Shown here: positions 10,432 through 19,300 of the stretch, piece by piece
Position numbering within the stretch: position 1 is the stretch's first letter
How the letters are laid out: each line of letters starts with the position of its first letter
Assembly: GCA_003566885.1 (NCBI GenBank)
Contig: PXBO01000060.1
Coordinates: forward strand, 144-64,143
DNA from: Opitutia bacterium
GTDB taxonomy: Bacteria > Verrucomicrobiota > Verrucomicrobiia > Opitutales > T3Sed10-336
Direction: 5' to 3'
DNA length: 64,000 bases
The notes under the pieces: model-generated
The model's input: only the letters and a program-made list of their open reading frames with translations
Told to the model about the DNA's origin: nothing
The model's database searches: none
Program-made: the position numbers and the translations under genes

Positions 10432-10489
10432 TGAGACATATTCTCAACAACCGCCGAATTGATACTGAGACCGCATCTCATTAGTCAAG
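10432..10489 (-). promoter_or_regulatory. Two Fur-like boxes overlapping the TonB receptor promoter
   Basis: TGAGA-N5-TCTCA palindromes at 10432-10446 and 10466-10480; minus-strand TTGACT (-35-like) at about 10483-10488. Confidence 0.65.
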
Positions 10490-10658
10490 TCCGAAACCAT
10501 ACTTTTTATATCTGTGAACACGATAACCCTCCGAACCATAGCGGTCTTCCTCAACGGATCTCACCGCACGCGCCAATAATCAGACAGGCTATATATTCTT
10601 GACAGGCTCCTGCTCGAGAGGCGTTGACCGTCCTGGGGAAATCGCGTTTAACGGTCGG

Positions 10659-11744
10659 ATGGCAAATGTTCTGGAGGTGGGTCTTACCGGAAGGGCTTAT
10701 CCGATTCACATCGGGGGCGAGGTGTTGGGCGGGGTGCCGGCCGCGGTGGCGGAGCTCAAAGCGCAGAATCGGCCGGTGGCCTTGCTGGCCGACGCCGAGG
10801 TGGCGCTTCTGCATCGGCTCGCTTTCGACCGCGTCTTTGCTGACGTCCCCACCTGCATTCTGCCGGGCGGGGAAGCGACCAAGTCGCTGGCGGCCCTGGG
10901 ACAGGTTTACGATTTTCTGGCCGGCATGGGAATGGACCGCACCGGGACGCTTTTCGTGGCGGGTGGCGGAGTCATTGGCGATCTGGGAGGGTTCGCCGCG
11001 GCCACCTTCCTGCGCGGCATCGACTTTCATCAAATCCCCACCACTCTGCTGGCCATGGTTGACAGTTCGGTGGGCGGCAAGACCGGAATCAATATCAACG
11101 CAGGCAAGAATCTGGTCGGATCCTTCCACCAACCCCGAGCGGTGCACATCAGCACCGATTTCCTCAAGACCCTGCCGGCTCGCGAATTCAATGCCGGTAT
11201 GGCGGAGGTCATAAAATATGGCCTGCTGGCGGACGCGGGCCTCTTCGAGCGTCTGCAACAGGCCTCCTGGTCGGCGGAAAATCCGGACCTGCCGGCCATT
11301 CTTTATCGCTGCTGTCAAATCAAGGCCGAAATCGTGAGCGAGGATGAGCGCGAGCAAGCGGCTTCCGGAGGCCGCGCCCTGCTGAATCTGGGTCACACCT
11401 TCGCCCACGCCATCGAGCAGGCCGCCGGTTACGGCGAGTACCTGCACGGAGAAGCGGTCGGGCTGGGCCTGGTCATGGCCGCCGATTACTCCCGGCAACT
11501 GGGAACCTTGTCGGCGGCCGATGCGGAAGCCGTGCGGCAACTGGTGGACGCGACAGGCCTGCCGGTCCGTTTGCGATCGCCCCTCCCGGCCGACGCTTTG
11601 CTGGCGGCCATGAAACGCGACAAAAAGGTTCGTGCCGGGAACCTTCGCCTGGTGACGCTCGAGCGGATCGGACGGGCCGTGACCACCGAGGGCGCGGACG
11701 AATCCCGGCTCCGTGCCCTTTGGCACAGCTACGGAGCCCAGTAG
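10659..11744 (+). CDS. aroB: 3-dehydroquinate synthase
   Basis: GGGVIGDLGGFAAATFLRG, PTTLLAMVDSSVGGKTGIN, LNLGHTFAHAIE, LHGEAV and RDKK. ATG 10659. Confidence 0.97.
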   Translation: MANVLEVGLTGRAYPIHIGGEVLGGVPAAVAELKAQNRPVALLADAEVALLHRLAFDRVFADVPTCILPGGEATKSLAALGQVYDFLAGMGMDRTGTLFVAGGGVIGDLGGFAAATFLRGIDFHQIPTTLLAMVDSSVGGKTGININAGKNLVGSFHQPRAVHISTDFLKTLPAREFNAGMAEVIKYGLLADAGLFERLQQASWSAENPDLPAILYRCCQIKAEIVSEDEREQAASGGRALLNLGHTFAHAIEQAAGYGEYLHGEAVGLGLVMAADYSRQLGTLSAADAEAVRQLVDATGLPVRLRSPLPADALLAAMKRDKKVRAGNLRLVTLERIGRAVTTEGADESRLRALWHSYGAQ

Positions 11745-11762
11745 CCCGCCGCCGCATCGCAT

Positions 11763-12368
11763 ATGTCCGTCGTCGACGAAACCATCATTCGACTCTTCTT
11801 CGAGCAGCATGGGTTCTTCGTGCGAAAGCTGGCTCCGCCAACGACAACGCAGCCGAAGCGCGGGGAGGCGCCCGGGGTGGCCCTGCACGTCCGGAACGAC
11901 GCCGCCGAAGCGGTGGCGGGTAAACCGGGATTTCTGGTCTTCGCCAGCGAACTCAGGTACCTGCCGGAAGCCGAGATCACCGCAAAACCCTGGCCGGAAA
12001 CACGCTTCACCCCCGATGTCCTGCGGAGCAGCGCCCGGTTATTCCGCTTCCTGGAGAAAACGGTCCTGCCCAGAGCCCGGAGAAAACGTCCCGCGGTTCC
12101 CAATACGCCCGGACAAAAACCCGGCCAACCGCCTCCGCAAATCCTGGTGGTGCCGGCCCTGCCGACCGCGGAACCCTACCGCGGCAAATCCGAAACCTTG
12201 TTCCGCGAACAAGGGATCGACGGGTTGATCTCGTTTCGTTCGATGCTCCTGGAGGTCATCGAACGCCTCGACGCCAAAAACACGGCGGGGGGCTCCGAAA
12301 CCCTGGAAACCCTTCATTTGCTAAAGAAGTACGATCTGACCGGTTCCGCCCAATTGGAGCTGTTCTAA
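11763..12368 (+). CDS. Hypothetical protein (possible degenerate restriction-endonuclease-like fold)
   Basis: 201 aa directly after aroB. N-terminus DETIIRLFFEQHGFFV; C-terminus QLELF. Confidence 0.7.
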   Translation: MSVVDETIIRLFFEQHGFFVRKLAPPTTTQPKRGEAPGVALHVRNDAAEAVAGKPGFLVFASELRYLPEAEITAKPWPETRFTPDVLRSSARLFRFLEKTVLPRARRKRPAVPNTPGQKPGQPPPQILVVPALPTAEPYRGKSETLFREQGIDGLISFRSMLLEVIERLDAKNTAGGSETLETLHLLKKYDLTGSAQLELF

Positions 12369-12492
12369 GGATCAATCGTGTTCGGCGGAATAGAATCGCG
12401 AGATCGGCGCAAGACCCCTGACGGGCTTCGCCGACAGACTCCTAGACACAAACGAAAAGCCGGTGCGTCTTTACTAAAAAGGGAATAACGCT

Positions 12493-13041
12493 GTGGATTG
12501 CGAAACAGAGCAGGAGATTCTGGAAAAGGTGGGGCAGGACGATCCGGCCGCACTCGGTATCCTGTACGATAACTTGGGCCAAAATCTCTATATTTACCTG
12601 CTCACCATCCTTCGCTCGGAAAGCGCGGCCGAGGAGACTTTGCAGAATGTATTTGTAACACTGGCGCGCAAACGCCGGCTTTTGCTCGGAACCAACAACC
12701 TTACCGGTTACGTCTTCCGCATGGCACGCAATCACGCCATCGATTACCGGCGCCGCCAGCGTCCGCCGGACGAACCGCTGGGTGCTTATGAAACGGTTCT
12801 CCTGTGTCAGGATCATCGACCTGGCCTCGAGTACCGCGAGAGATGGGCGGGGGTGCTGCGGGCTTTGGATCGACTGCCGTTCGAGCAGCAGGAGGTGATT
12901 ACGTTGAAACACATCCAGGACCTCACTTTTGACGAGATTGCCAGAGCCCTTGAAATATCACGCAACACCGCCGCCAGCCGTTATCGCTACGGCCTGCGGC
13001 GTTTGAAGGAAATTTGTACCGGAAATTCACATGCAACCTGA
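12493..13041 (+). CDS. ECF RNA polymerase sigma-70 factor
   Basis: Region 2 (AEETLQNVF..YVFRMARNHAIDYRRR) and region 4 (LPFEQQEVITL..LTFDEIARALEISRNTAASR). GTG start. Confidence 0.93.
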   Translation: MDCETEQEILEKVGQDDPAALGILYDNLGQNLYIYLLTILRSESAAEETLQNVFVTLARKRRLLLGTNNLTGYVFRMARNHAIDYRRRQRPPDEPLGAYETVLLCQDHRPGLEYRERWAGVLRALDRLPFEQQEVITLKHIQDLTFDEIARALEISRNTAASRYRYGLRRLKEICTGNSHAT

Positions 13042-13426
13042 AGATTATTTGCGCAACACAGCCGCGCCGAACCCCGCGCCCTTTCTCCGGCGGACCGTCC
13101 TTGCCGAAGCCGAACGCGTATGGAGCAGTTCGGAGGGCCGCCGTCCCCGACGTCAATGCCTTCACCATCCCTTCGCCGCGGCTGCGGCCGCGGCCATGGC
13201 CCTGATGCTGGCGATGATCGTGTCGGAAATCGATCAGCGCGCCACCAGTTCTCTGGTTCGAGGATCCCACAGCGGGCCACCGGTCGCGGAACGCGAAATC
13301 CTGGCCCGCGAACACGAGAATCCCGATCGGGATACCATCCGTTATCGGGATTGGAAGGACGAACTGGTCTGGAATGGAGCCGGTTTTGCCGGGGACCGGT
13401 CAGGAGCGCCTCTTTTGGGACGATGA
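13031..13426 (+). CDS. Putative single-TM anti-sigma factor
   Basis: Overlaps the end of the ECF gene; short cytoplasmic N-terminus and one hydrophobic helix. Confidence 0.6.
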   Translation: MQPEDYLRNTAAPNPAPFLRRTVLAEAERVWSSSEGRRPRRQCLHHPFAAAAAAAMALMLAMIVSEIDQRATSSLVRGSHSGPPVAEREILAREHENPDRDTIRYRDWKDELVWNGAGFAGDRSGAPLLGR

Positions 13427-13549
13427 TTCCGCCGGACAAGGGCTTGGCGACAGGTCCGGACAAGACAGGTTCTTCGCAATTGGGAGTGGGCCAAACATAA
13501 AGGTCTCCGTTCCGCGTCCTTCTTACAAAGAAAGGATGCTAAATATATC

Positions 13550-14968
13550 ATGAGCTTGAAACAACGTGTATTGAAAAGCTTAAGACGGCTGGCCTGGTGG
13601 ACGGGAATCCTGGCGGCGGTCGCGGTGATGGCCTGGCTCGCCCTGGATATCTCCGCCGGAGTGACCTTGCGCCGGTCGATTGCGGCATGGCGGGACGCCG
13701 GATTGGCCATGAATCTTCGGGAGATCGCCCCCCCGGATGTCCCGCCGGAGGAAAACGCCGCGGTGATTCTCAGCCGCGTTATTGAATTCCGTGATTCTCC
13801 TCCGTCCGACTACCGGTTGCAGGATCGGGAACTTCGGGAAGCGATGCAATCCCTTCGGGCTCTGGCGACCGAGGTTTTCTCCAGGATGGAACACTCCCAG
13901 GCGTCCTCCGAAGAGGCCGCGGCGCTGGAGACCACGCTGAGGAATTCTGCAATCGCCTTTCGCCTCCAGGTCGTTCGCGAAGCGGTCGAGTATGATCGAT
14001 TTGATGCCTACCTCAAGTATGAGCAAGGCCATGACCTGCTGATACCGCATGTGGGTGGATTTCGCGACCTGGCCCGACTCAAGCACGCCGAAGCCGTGTG
14101 GCACGCTTCACAGGACCGGTGGCCGGAAGCTTTTGATAGTCTGGCTGTCAGCCTGCAACTGGGCGAACTGCTGAGCGCGGAGCCGGTTTTTATTTCCCAA
14201 CTCACCCGAAACGCGATCCGCACAATGACGTTCGAGCACCTGGAGCCCTTCCTGCGGCTCTACCCCGGCGAAGCTGGGCCCCTCGACCGCTTGATGGAGT
14301 TGGTATCCGGGCTGCCGAGCATCGAACTTAGAGGCTTATTTGTAGTTGAGGGCATCGCCAGTGCACAGTGGTTTGTCGAGCACTTGGAAAAGCAGACGTT
14401 CCGTCCGTCCGAGTTGGCTGAAATCGGGGATATTTCCAATGTGCCATGGATCGATACAGGCGTCTTTAGGCCGATGCACAAAGCGGATTTCGCGCGAATG
14501 ATGGATACGAATCGCAAAAGACTCGAGTTGCTGCGGAGCGTTGGAGAGGACGAACTTCGCTTTGAAACGCTGCGCGATTGGGACGAACACCGGGAGGCCG
14601 AACTGCCCTGGTACGCCGTCGTGACGCGCGCGACCTTCATCAACGGCTGGCGCCTTCTCCGGACGGAGGAAACCGCGGACGCGTACTTGACGTTGGTCCG
14701 GACGGCGCTCGCGGCCAATGCCTACCGTTCCGCGGAGGGTGAATGGCCGGAAACGATCGATCACCTGGTTCCGCGATACCTTTCCGAAGTTCCCAGCGAC
14801 CCCTTCGACAACCAACCGCTGCGCTACAATCGCACTGCCGGGCGGGCTATTCTCTACAGCGTTGGTCCGAACCGGACCGACGACGGCGGGGTCCGGATCG
14901 AAAGTCCCGCCGACGATCAACCCGGAGACATTGTCTGGGTGCTGGAAGGGGATTCGCCGGCGAATTAA
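13550..14968 (+). CDS. Membrane-anchored helical protein with a C-terminal GspG/pseudopilin-like motif
   Basis: 472 aa with N-terminal TM. C-terminus ALAANAYRSAEGEWPETIDHLVPRYLSEVPSDPFDNQPLRY..LYSVGPNRTDDGG. Paralog of 882-2189. Confidence 0.82.
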   Translation: MSLKQRVLKSLRRLAWWTGILAAVAVMAWLALDISAGVTLRRSIAAWRDAGLAMNLREIAPPDVPPEENAAVILSRVIEFRDSPPSDYRLQDRELREAMQSLRALATEVFSRMEHSQASSEEAAALETTLRNSAIAFRLQVVREAVEYDRFDAYLKYEQGHDLLIPHVGGFRDLARLKHAEAVWHASQDRWPEAFDSLAVSLQLGELLSAEPVFISQLTRNAIRTMTFEHLEPFLRLYPGEAGPLDRLMELVSGLPSIELRGLFVVEGIASAQWFVEHLEKQTFRPSELAEIGDISNVPWIDTGVFRPMHKADFARMMDTNRKRLELLRSVGEDELRFETLRDWDEHREAELPWYAVVTRATFINGWRLLRTEETADAYLTLVRTALAANAYRSAEGEWPETIDHLVPRYLSEVPSDPFDNQPLRYNRTAGRAILYSVGPNRTDDGGVRIESPADDQPGDIVWVLEGDSPAN

Positions 14969-15026
14969 CCCACTCTTGCGTCCTTTTTGGTCGATTCCGT
15001 GCGGGAGGATCCCCTACTGTATGGCC

Positions 15027-15578
15027 ATGAGTAAACGAATCCTGATTGTCACGGGTGACGGCGGCGAAAGCTACGAGACCCTTTACGCTCTCCACCGTTT
15101 CCAGGAGGCCGGGCTGGATCCGGTGATCAGCGCCCCGGCGGCGCGTCCGCTGCACCTGGTCATGCACGATTTCGAGCCGGGTTGGGACACCTACGTCGAA
15201 CGTCCCGGTTACCGGGCTGACGCCACCCTTGCCCTCGACGAGGTAAAGGTCGACGATTTCCATGCCACCCTCCTCATCGGCGGCCGGGCTCCGGAGTATT
15301 TGCGAAACAACGACACCCTGCTCCAAATCGTACGCACCTTTCACGAGCAGAAGAAGTGGATTTACAGCATCTGTCATGGCGTTCAAATCCTGGTGGCCGC
15401 CGGCCTGGTCAAAGGGCGTGACATCACCTGCTACGAACACGTGAAATGCGAAGTCGAACAGGCCGGCGGACGATGGATCGGGGAAGAAGCCCACCTCCAG
15501 GACCGCATTATCAGCGGCCAGACCTGGCAATCCCATCCCGACTTCTACCGGCTTATTTTCCAGAACCTGGACTCATAA
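15027..15578 (+). CDS. DJ-1/PfpI family protein
   Basis: ILIVTGD..ESYE, GGRAPEYLR and nucleophile elbow SICHG. Start at 15021 or 15027. Confidence 0.92.
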   Translation: MSKRILIVTGDGGESYETLYALHRFQEAGLDPVISAPAARPLHLVMHDFEPGWDTYVERPGYRADATLALDEVKVDDFHATLLIGGRAPEYLRNNDTLLQIVRTFHEQKKWIYSICHGVQILVAAGLVKGRDITCYEHVKCEVEQAGGRWIGEEAHLQDRIISGQTWQSHPDFYRLIFQNLDS

Positions 15579-15596
15579 GCGGGCCGAATTTCGAAC

Positions 15597-15986
15597 TCAC
15601 CTCCAGACGGACTTGATATCGAACGACTCGAAAGCCGGGTCATTCGTGATCAACGGAAGCTTCTCGGATTCCGCCTGAGCCGCAAGCAGTCGGTCGAAAG
15701 GGTCGCGGTGGTCATTGTCCAGCACGCCCGCCCGTTGGGCGTGTTCCACGCCGAGCGGGAGAAGCAGCCAGCCTTCATCGCGGGCGTTGGCTGCCAGGTC
15801 TCGGATCAGGGAGGCGGGCAGAGGCAACCGGTTTAAGCGATGCTTATAGCCGATCTCGTAAGCGGAAACCGCGCTGAAAAAAATTTGGGTTTCCGTGTCT
15901 TCCATCAAGCGGCGGGCTTTACGGCTCAGGCGCTTCGGCATGCACCACCACCAGATCGCCGCGTGAGTATCGAGGAGATATTTCAT
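15597..15986 (-). CDS. vapC: Type II TA toxin, PIN domain (VapC family)
   Basis: LLDTH, SAVSAYEI, HRDPFDRLLAAQA and LITND. Confidence 0.95.
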   Translation of the reverse strand: MKYLLDTHAAIWWWCMPKRLSRKARRLMEDTETQIFFSAVSAYEIGYKHRLNRLPLPASLIRDLAANARDEGWLLLPLGVEHAQRAGVLDNDHRDPFDRLLAAQAESEKLPLITNDPAFESFDIKSVWR

Positions 15987-16234
15987 TTACGCGGCTCCAC
16001 ATGCTTTTCCCAAAGCGCCTGTTCATCTTCGTCCAACGGTCCGAAAAACACCGCGTCGGGAATCGGCGGCGTGTCGGCAAACCGACCCGGCACACGCTTG
16101 CCGGAAATCTCGGGACTCAATCGGGCCACCGGTTTACCGTGGTTGGCGATGACAAACTCCTCCCCCTGCGCCACCCGCTTGAGCAGCTTGCTGAATTGAG
16201 TCTTCGCCGCGTGAATATTGACTGTTTCCGCCAT
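15983..16234 (-). CDS. Type II TA antitoxin, Phd/YefM family
   Basis: VNIHAAKTQFSKLLKRVAQGEEFVIANHGKPVARL; ATGA overlap with the toxin gene. Confidence 0.93.
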   Translation of the reverse strand: MAETVNIHAAKTQFSKLLKRVAQGEEFVIANHGKPVARLSPEISGKRVPGRFADTPPIPDAVFFGPLDEDEQALWEKHVEPRK

Positions 16235-16240
16235 GGAAAA

Positions 16241-16269
16241 AACTTAGTTTATAATTCAGACTAAGTCAA
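16241..16269 (-). promoter_or_regulatory. TA promoter and operator palindrome
   Basis: Minus strand TTGACT-N17-TAAGTT-N6-ATG; inverted repeat ACTTAGT / ACTAAGT (16242-16248, 16260-16266) overlaps the -10 and -35. Confidence 0.7.
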
Positions 16270-16328
16270 GATGGGGGTAGAAGCGTGGTCAGATTACAGG
16301 CGCAATCGGCATCTTTTCACTTTTCGTG

Positions 16329-19300
16329 CTATTCGATTTCAAATCGGACGCGGTAGAATCCCGAGGGAGCCTCCTCGCAAATCTCCAAGGTCCAGATTTC
16401 CACGAAGGGATCGGCGGCAGCCCTCTTGGCATGTCTTTCGACAACGTTCCATTGGTCGAGATCCGACGATTGTTCAATCACCGGCCGGGCATCGGAGGCC
16501 CACCTTGCCGTTTCGAAGGCAAGGACCACACAGTCCCCCTCACGGCGAAGCGCCGGCGCGCTTCCCCGGATATCTCCGCCCGGCAACAGACCTAAGGCAT
16601 AGGCTATCAGGTTGGGAAGTCCTTCCCGGGTAATTCTCTCGATCGCCCTTTCGTCTCCGTCCAGACCGAGGGCGTCCGCCCACGCGTCGTAGGAAAGCAC
16701 CACTGTTATCCGGACCGGATCGCTGACCGTGGTGCCAAAAGTATTCTGCAATTCCACGTAATACTCCCCCGAATCCGAAAGCATAGCTTCGTCCAGGACA
16801 AGGATTCTGTCCGCCACACCCAGGAATCGTGAGTCTGTTATTTTATCGCCACCGTAAAACCAACGGAACCGGGCATTCTCAATTCCGTAGGCGTCGACGG
16901 AAACATGCAGAGGATCTCCCTCGTGAACCTCTATTTCCGAAGGCAGGCTGACGATGACCGGAGCCGCTCCGACGATATTGACGGGAACAATCAGTATCGA
17001 TCTCCCAAAAGCGTTAGCCGCCTCGACCACAATCTCATTTTTGCCGTGCCCGACGGGAGTTCCATGGATCCGTGCGGTTTCCGGGTCCAGTTCCAATCCA
17101 TCGGGCAAACGGAGGGCCGAAAGCTCATGCCCGGATTGATCGGACATAATCGAATAGCTGAAAGCTTGCCCCATTTGACCGCTCGCCTCCCCGCTCGACA
17201 GAAGCTCGGGCGGACCGGAGAGCGTTCGGTACAGTATAATACCTTTCTCACCCACAGCGACGTATCCACTGGTGCTTCGAGTCGCCCCCCGAAGGTTTCC
17301 GGTAACGCCAGAGTAATCCTCCGTCCAGTATTCCGGGAAAACCGACCGCACGATGTAACCCCCGTTCCCGACGGCCACGGGTTGCCCCCCCTCACTCAAC
17401 CCAGTCATCCGCCCGGATTCTTCGAAATCAGGGCCGCGCCAGGTGACCCCGTCGGTTGACGAAATAATGCGGCTCCGAACCTCGAATTCCCGGTGAAGAA
17501 CCGCATGATAACGCTCGCCGCCATATGCGATATCCGTGATATCCCAACCGGTCAGAGGAGGTTCGATCCCCCCGATGGACTCCCAGTCGAGTCCATTCTC
17601 AGCCCGATTCAGATTCCCCTGTCCGGATGAAAGGAATCCGTGCAGCCCCCACGTGACGTTTCGTTGCCGGACCAACGCCTGAAATCCCTCCCTGACATTA
17701 GGTTCGCTGCCGTCAATCCTGGTGCGAATTTGTATCCCGTCCCCCACCATCACACACCAATCGGGCCCGAATGTGATCCCCTCCAATGTTTTCTGAGAAT
17801 AAGCGACAAGCTGCCATTCGATTCCACCAAGGGACTCGACAACCGCTCCGCCTTCTCCCACCGCGCGGAAATAACCGCCGCCGAAACCGATATCGTACAG
17901 GTCGTTTTCCGTGGGAGAATCCACTTCGTCCCATTGCAGGCCATCTTCCGAAGTCACTATTGCGCCTCCTTCGCCGACCGCGACGTAACGGCCTTCTGCA
18001 AATATCACCGCATTGAGATGCCGATCCACCGGAGACGAGAGCTGCTCCCATCGGGCCGGTTCGATGTAAAGATCGATTTCCTTTGTTCGTTCCCCGTAAA
18101 CATTGTCAAAGCCTACCGAAACACTGTAAGTACCGGGTTCCAAGGGAACACCTGAGATAACGCTCGTTGAGGCATCGAAGGTGAACCCTTCCGGTAAACC
18201 CGTTATTGCGAGGGTACTGGAAAGATCCATTCCGTCGATTTCCACCTCGTGCTCGAAAGGTCGTCCCGCGCCGGCCAGGATGGCAGTCGGACCCAGAAAC
18301 CTGGGAGGAGAGCCCGTTGCCGGGTAGATCTCAAGAGTCAGAGCGAACCGGGCCGAAACCGTCTCATTATCGGCGGTCCGCACAGACGCTTCAAACGATC
18401 CTGCTTCCAAAGGCGTTCCGGAAATCAGGCCGCTTTCACCATCGACGGAAAGACCGGCAGGAAGGCCCTCAACCGTGACCGCCTCCAACGGCCGATCGGT
18501 TGTTATTTCATACGCCAAAGCTTCGCCAACGACCCCGTAGGTTTGGCGCTCGTTGGTGATCGAGATCGGCAAATCGTAGGAGGCGATCTGTACCGCATCT
18601 TTTTCCAGCACGACAAAAATCTCACCGTTCGTAGCGCCGCCGACAAAGTTCCGGCTTTGGGATCCATCGCTTTGGCTCAACCAAATCTCCCTCCAGTTCA
18701 AGCCGTCACTGGAATGCAGGACGATAGAAAAATTTCCCGTCGCGATAAATTCGTTTCCGGTCCAATACACGTGATTGAATATCATGTGACGCAATTCCGG
18801 AAAATCGCCGGGGGTTGGCATCTGATCCATCCAGAATACCGGTTCCCAGTCCAGGCCGTTGCTTGATCGAGCCAAACGCCCCAGCCGACCTGCAGCCAGA
18901 AAATAACCGTTTCCAAACGAGAGGGAGCGGGTTGAGATCATAAAATCCGCCGCCGAATGAAAATCCCATTCCACGCCGTCTTCGGATACGGCGAAATTCT
19001 CGCTCGACTGCATGGAAACGAATACATCATTTCCATACGACAGGCCGTGGCTGGTGTGCTGATGAAAATGGGACATGGTTTCCGTCGTCCACTCCTGCCC
19101 ATCCGACGAATGAAAAACGTAGGGGAAAGCAATCGCCACGATTTGTTCGCCCGTCCAATGGAACGAGGTGATGGAAAATATACTCTGGTAGACCATGGAC
19201 CATTCGATTCCGTCTTCCGCGGCGTAGATGCGAGATCCGGCAACGGCGAAAAACCGATCGGCCGCAAAATGAACCTGCTCCAGGTTCGGATTCCCGGAAA

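Noticed and set aside
10410-10620. Cobalamin riboswitch upstream of the TonB receptor
   Set aside because: No B12-box seen and the leader is too short; Fur-like boxes fit better.
12365-12445. Possible IS-end remnant (CCGACAGACTCCTAG) with a weak inverted partner
   Set aside because: The match is too degenerate and there is no clear second copy or transposase.
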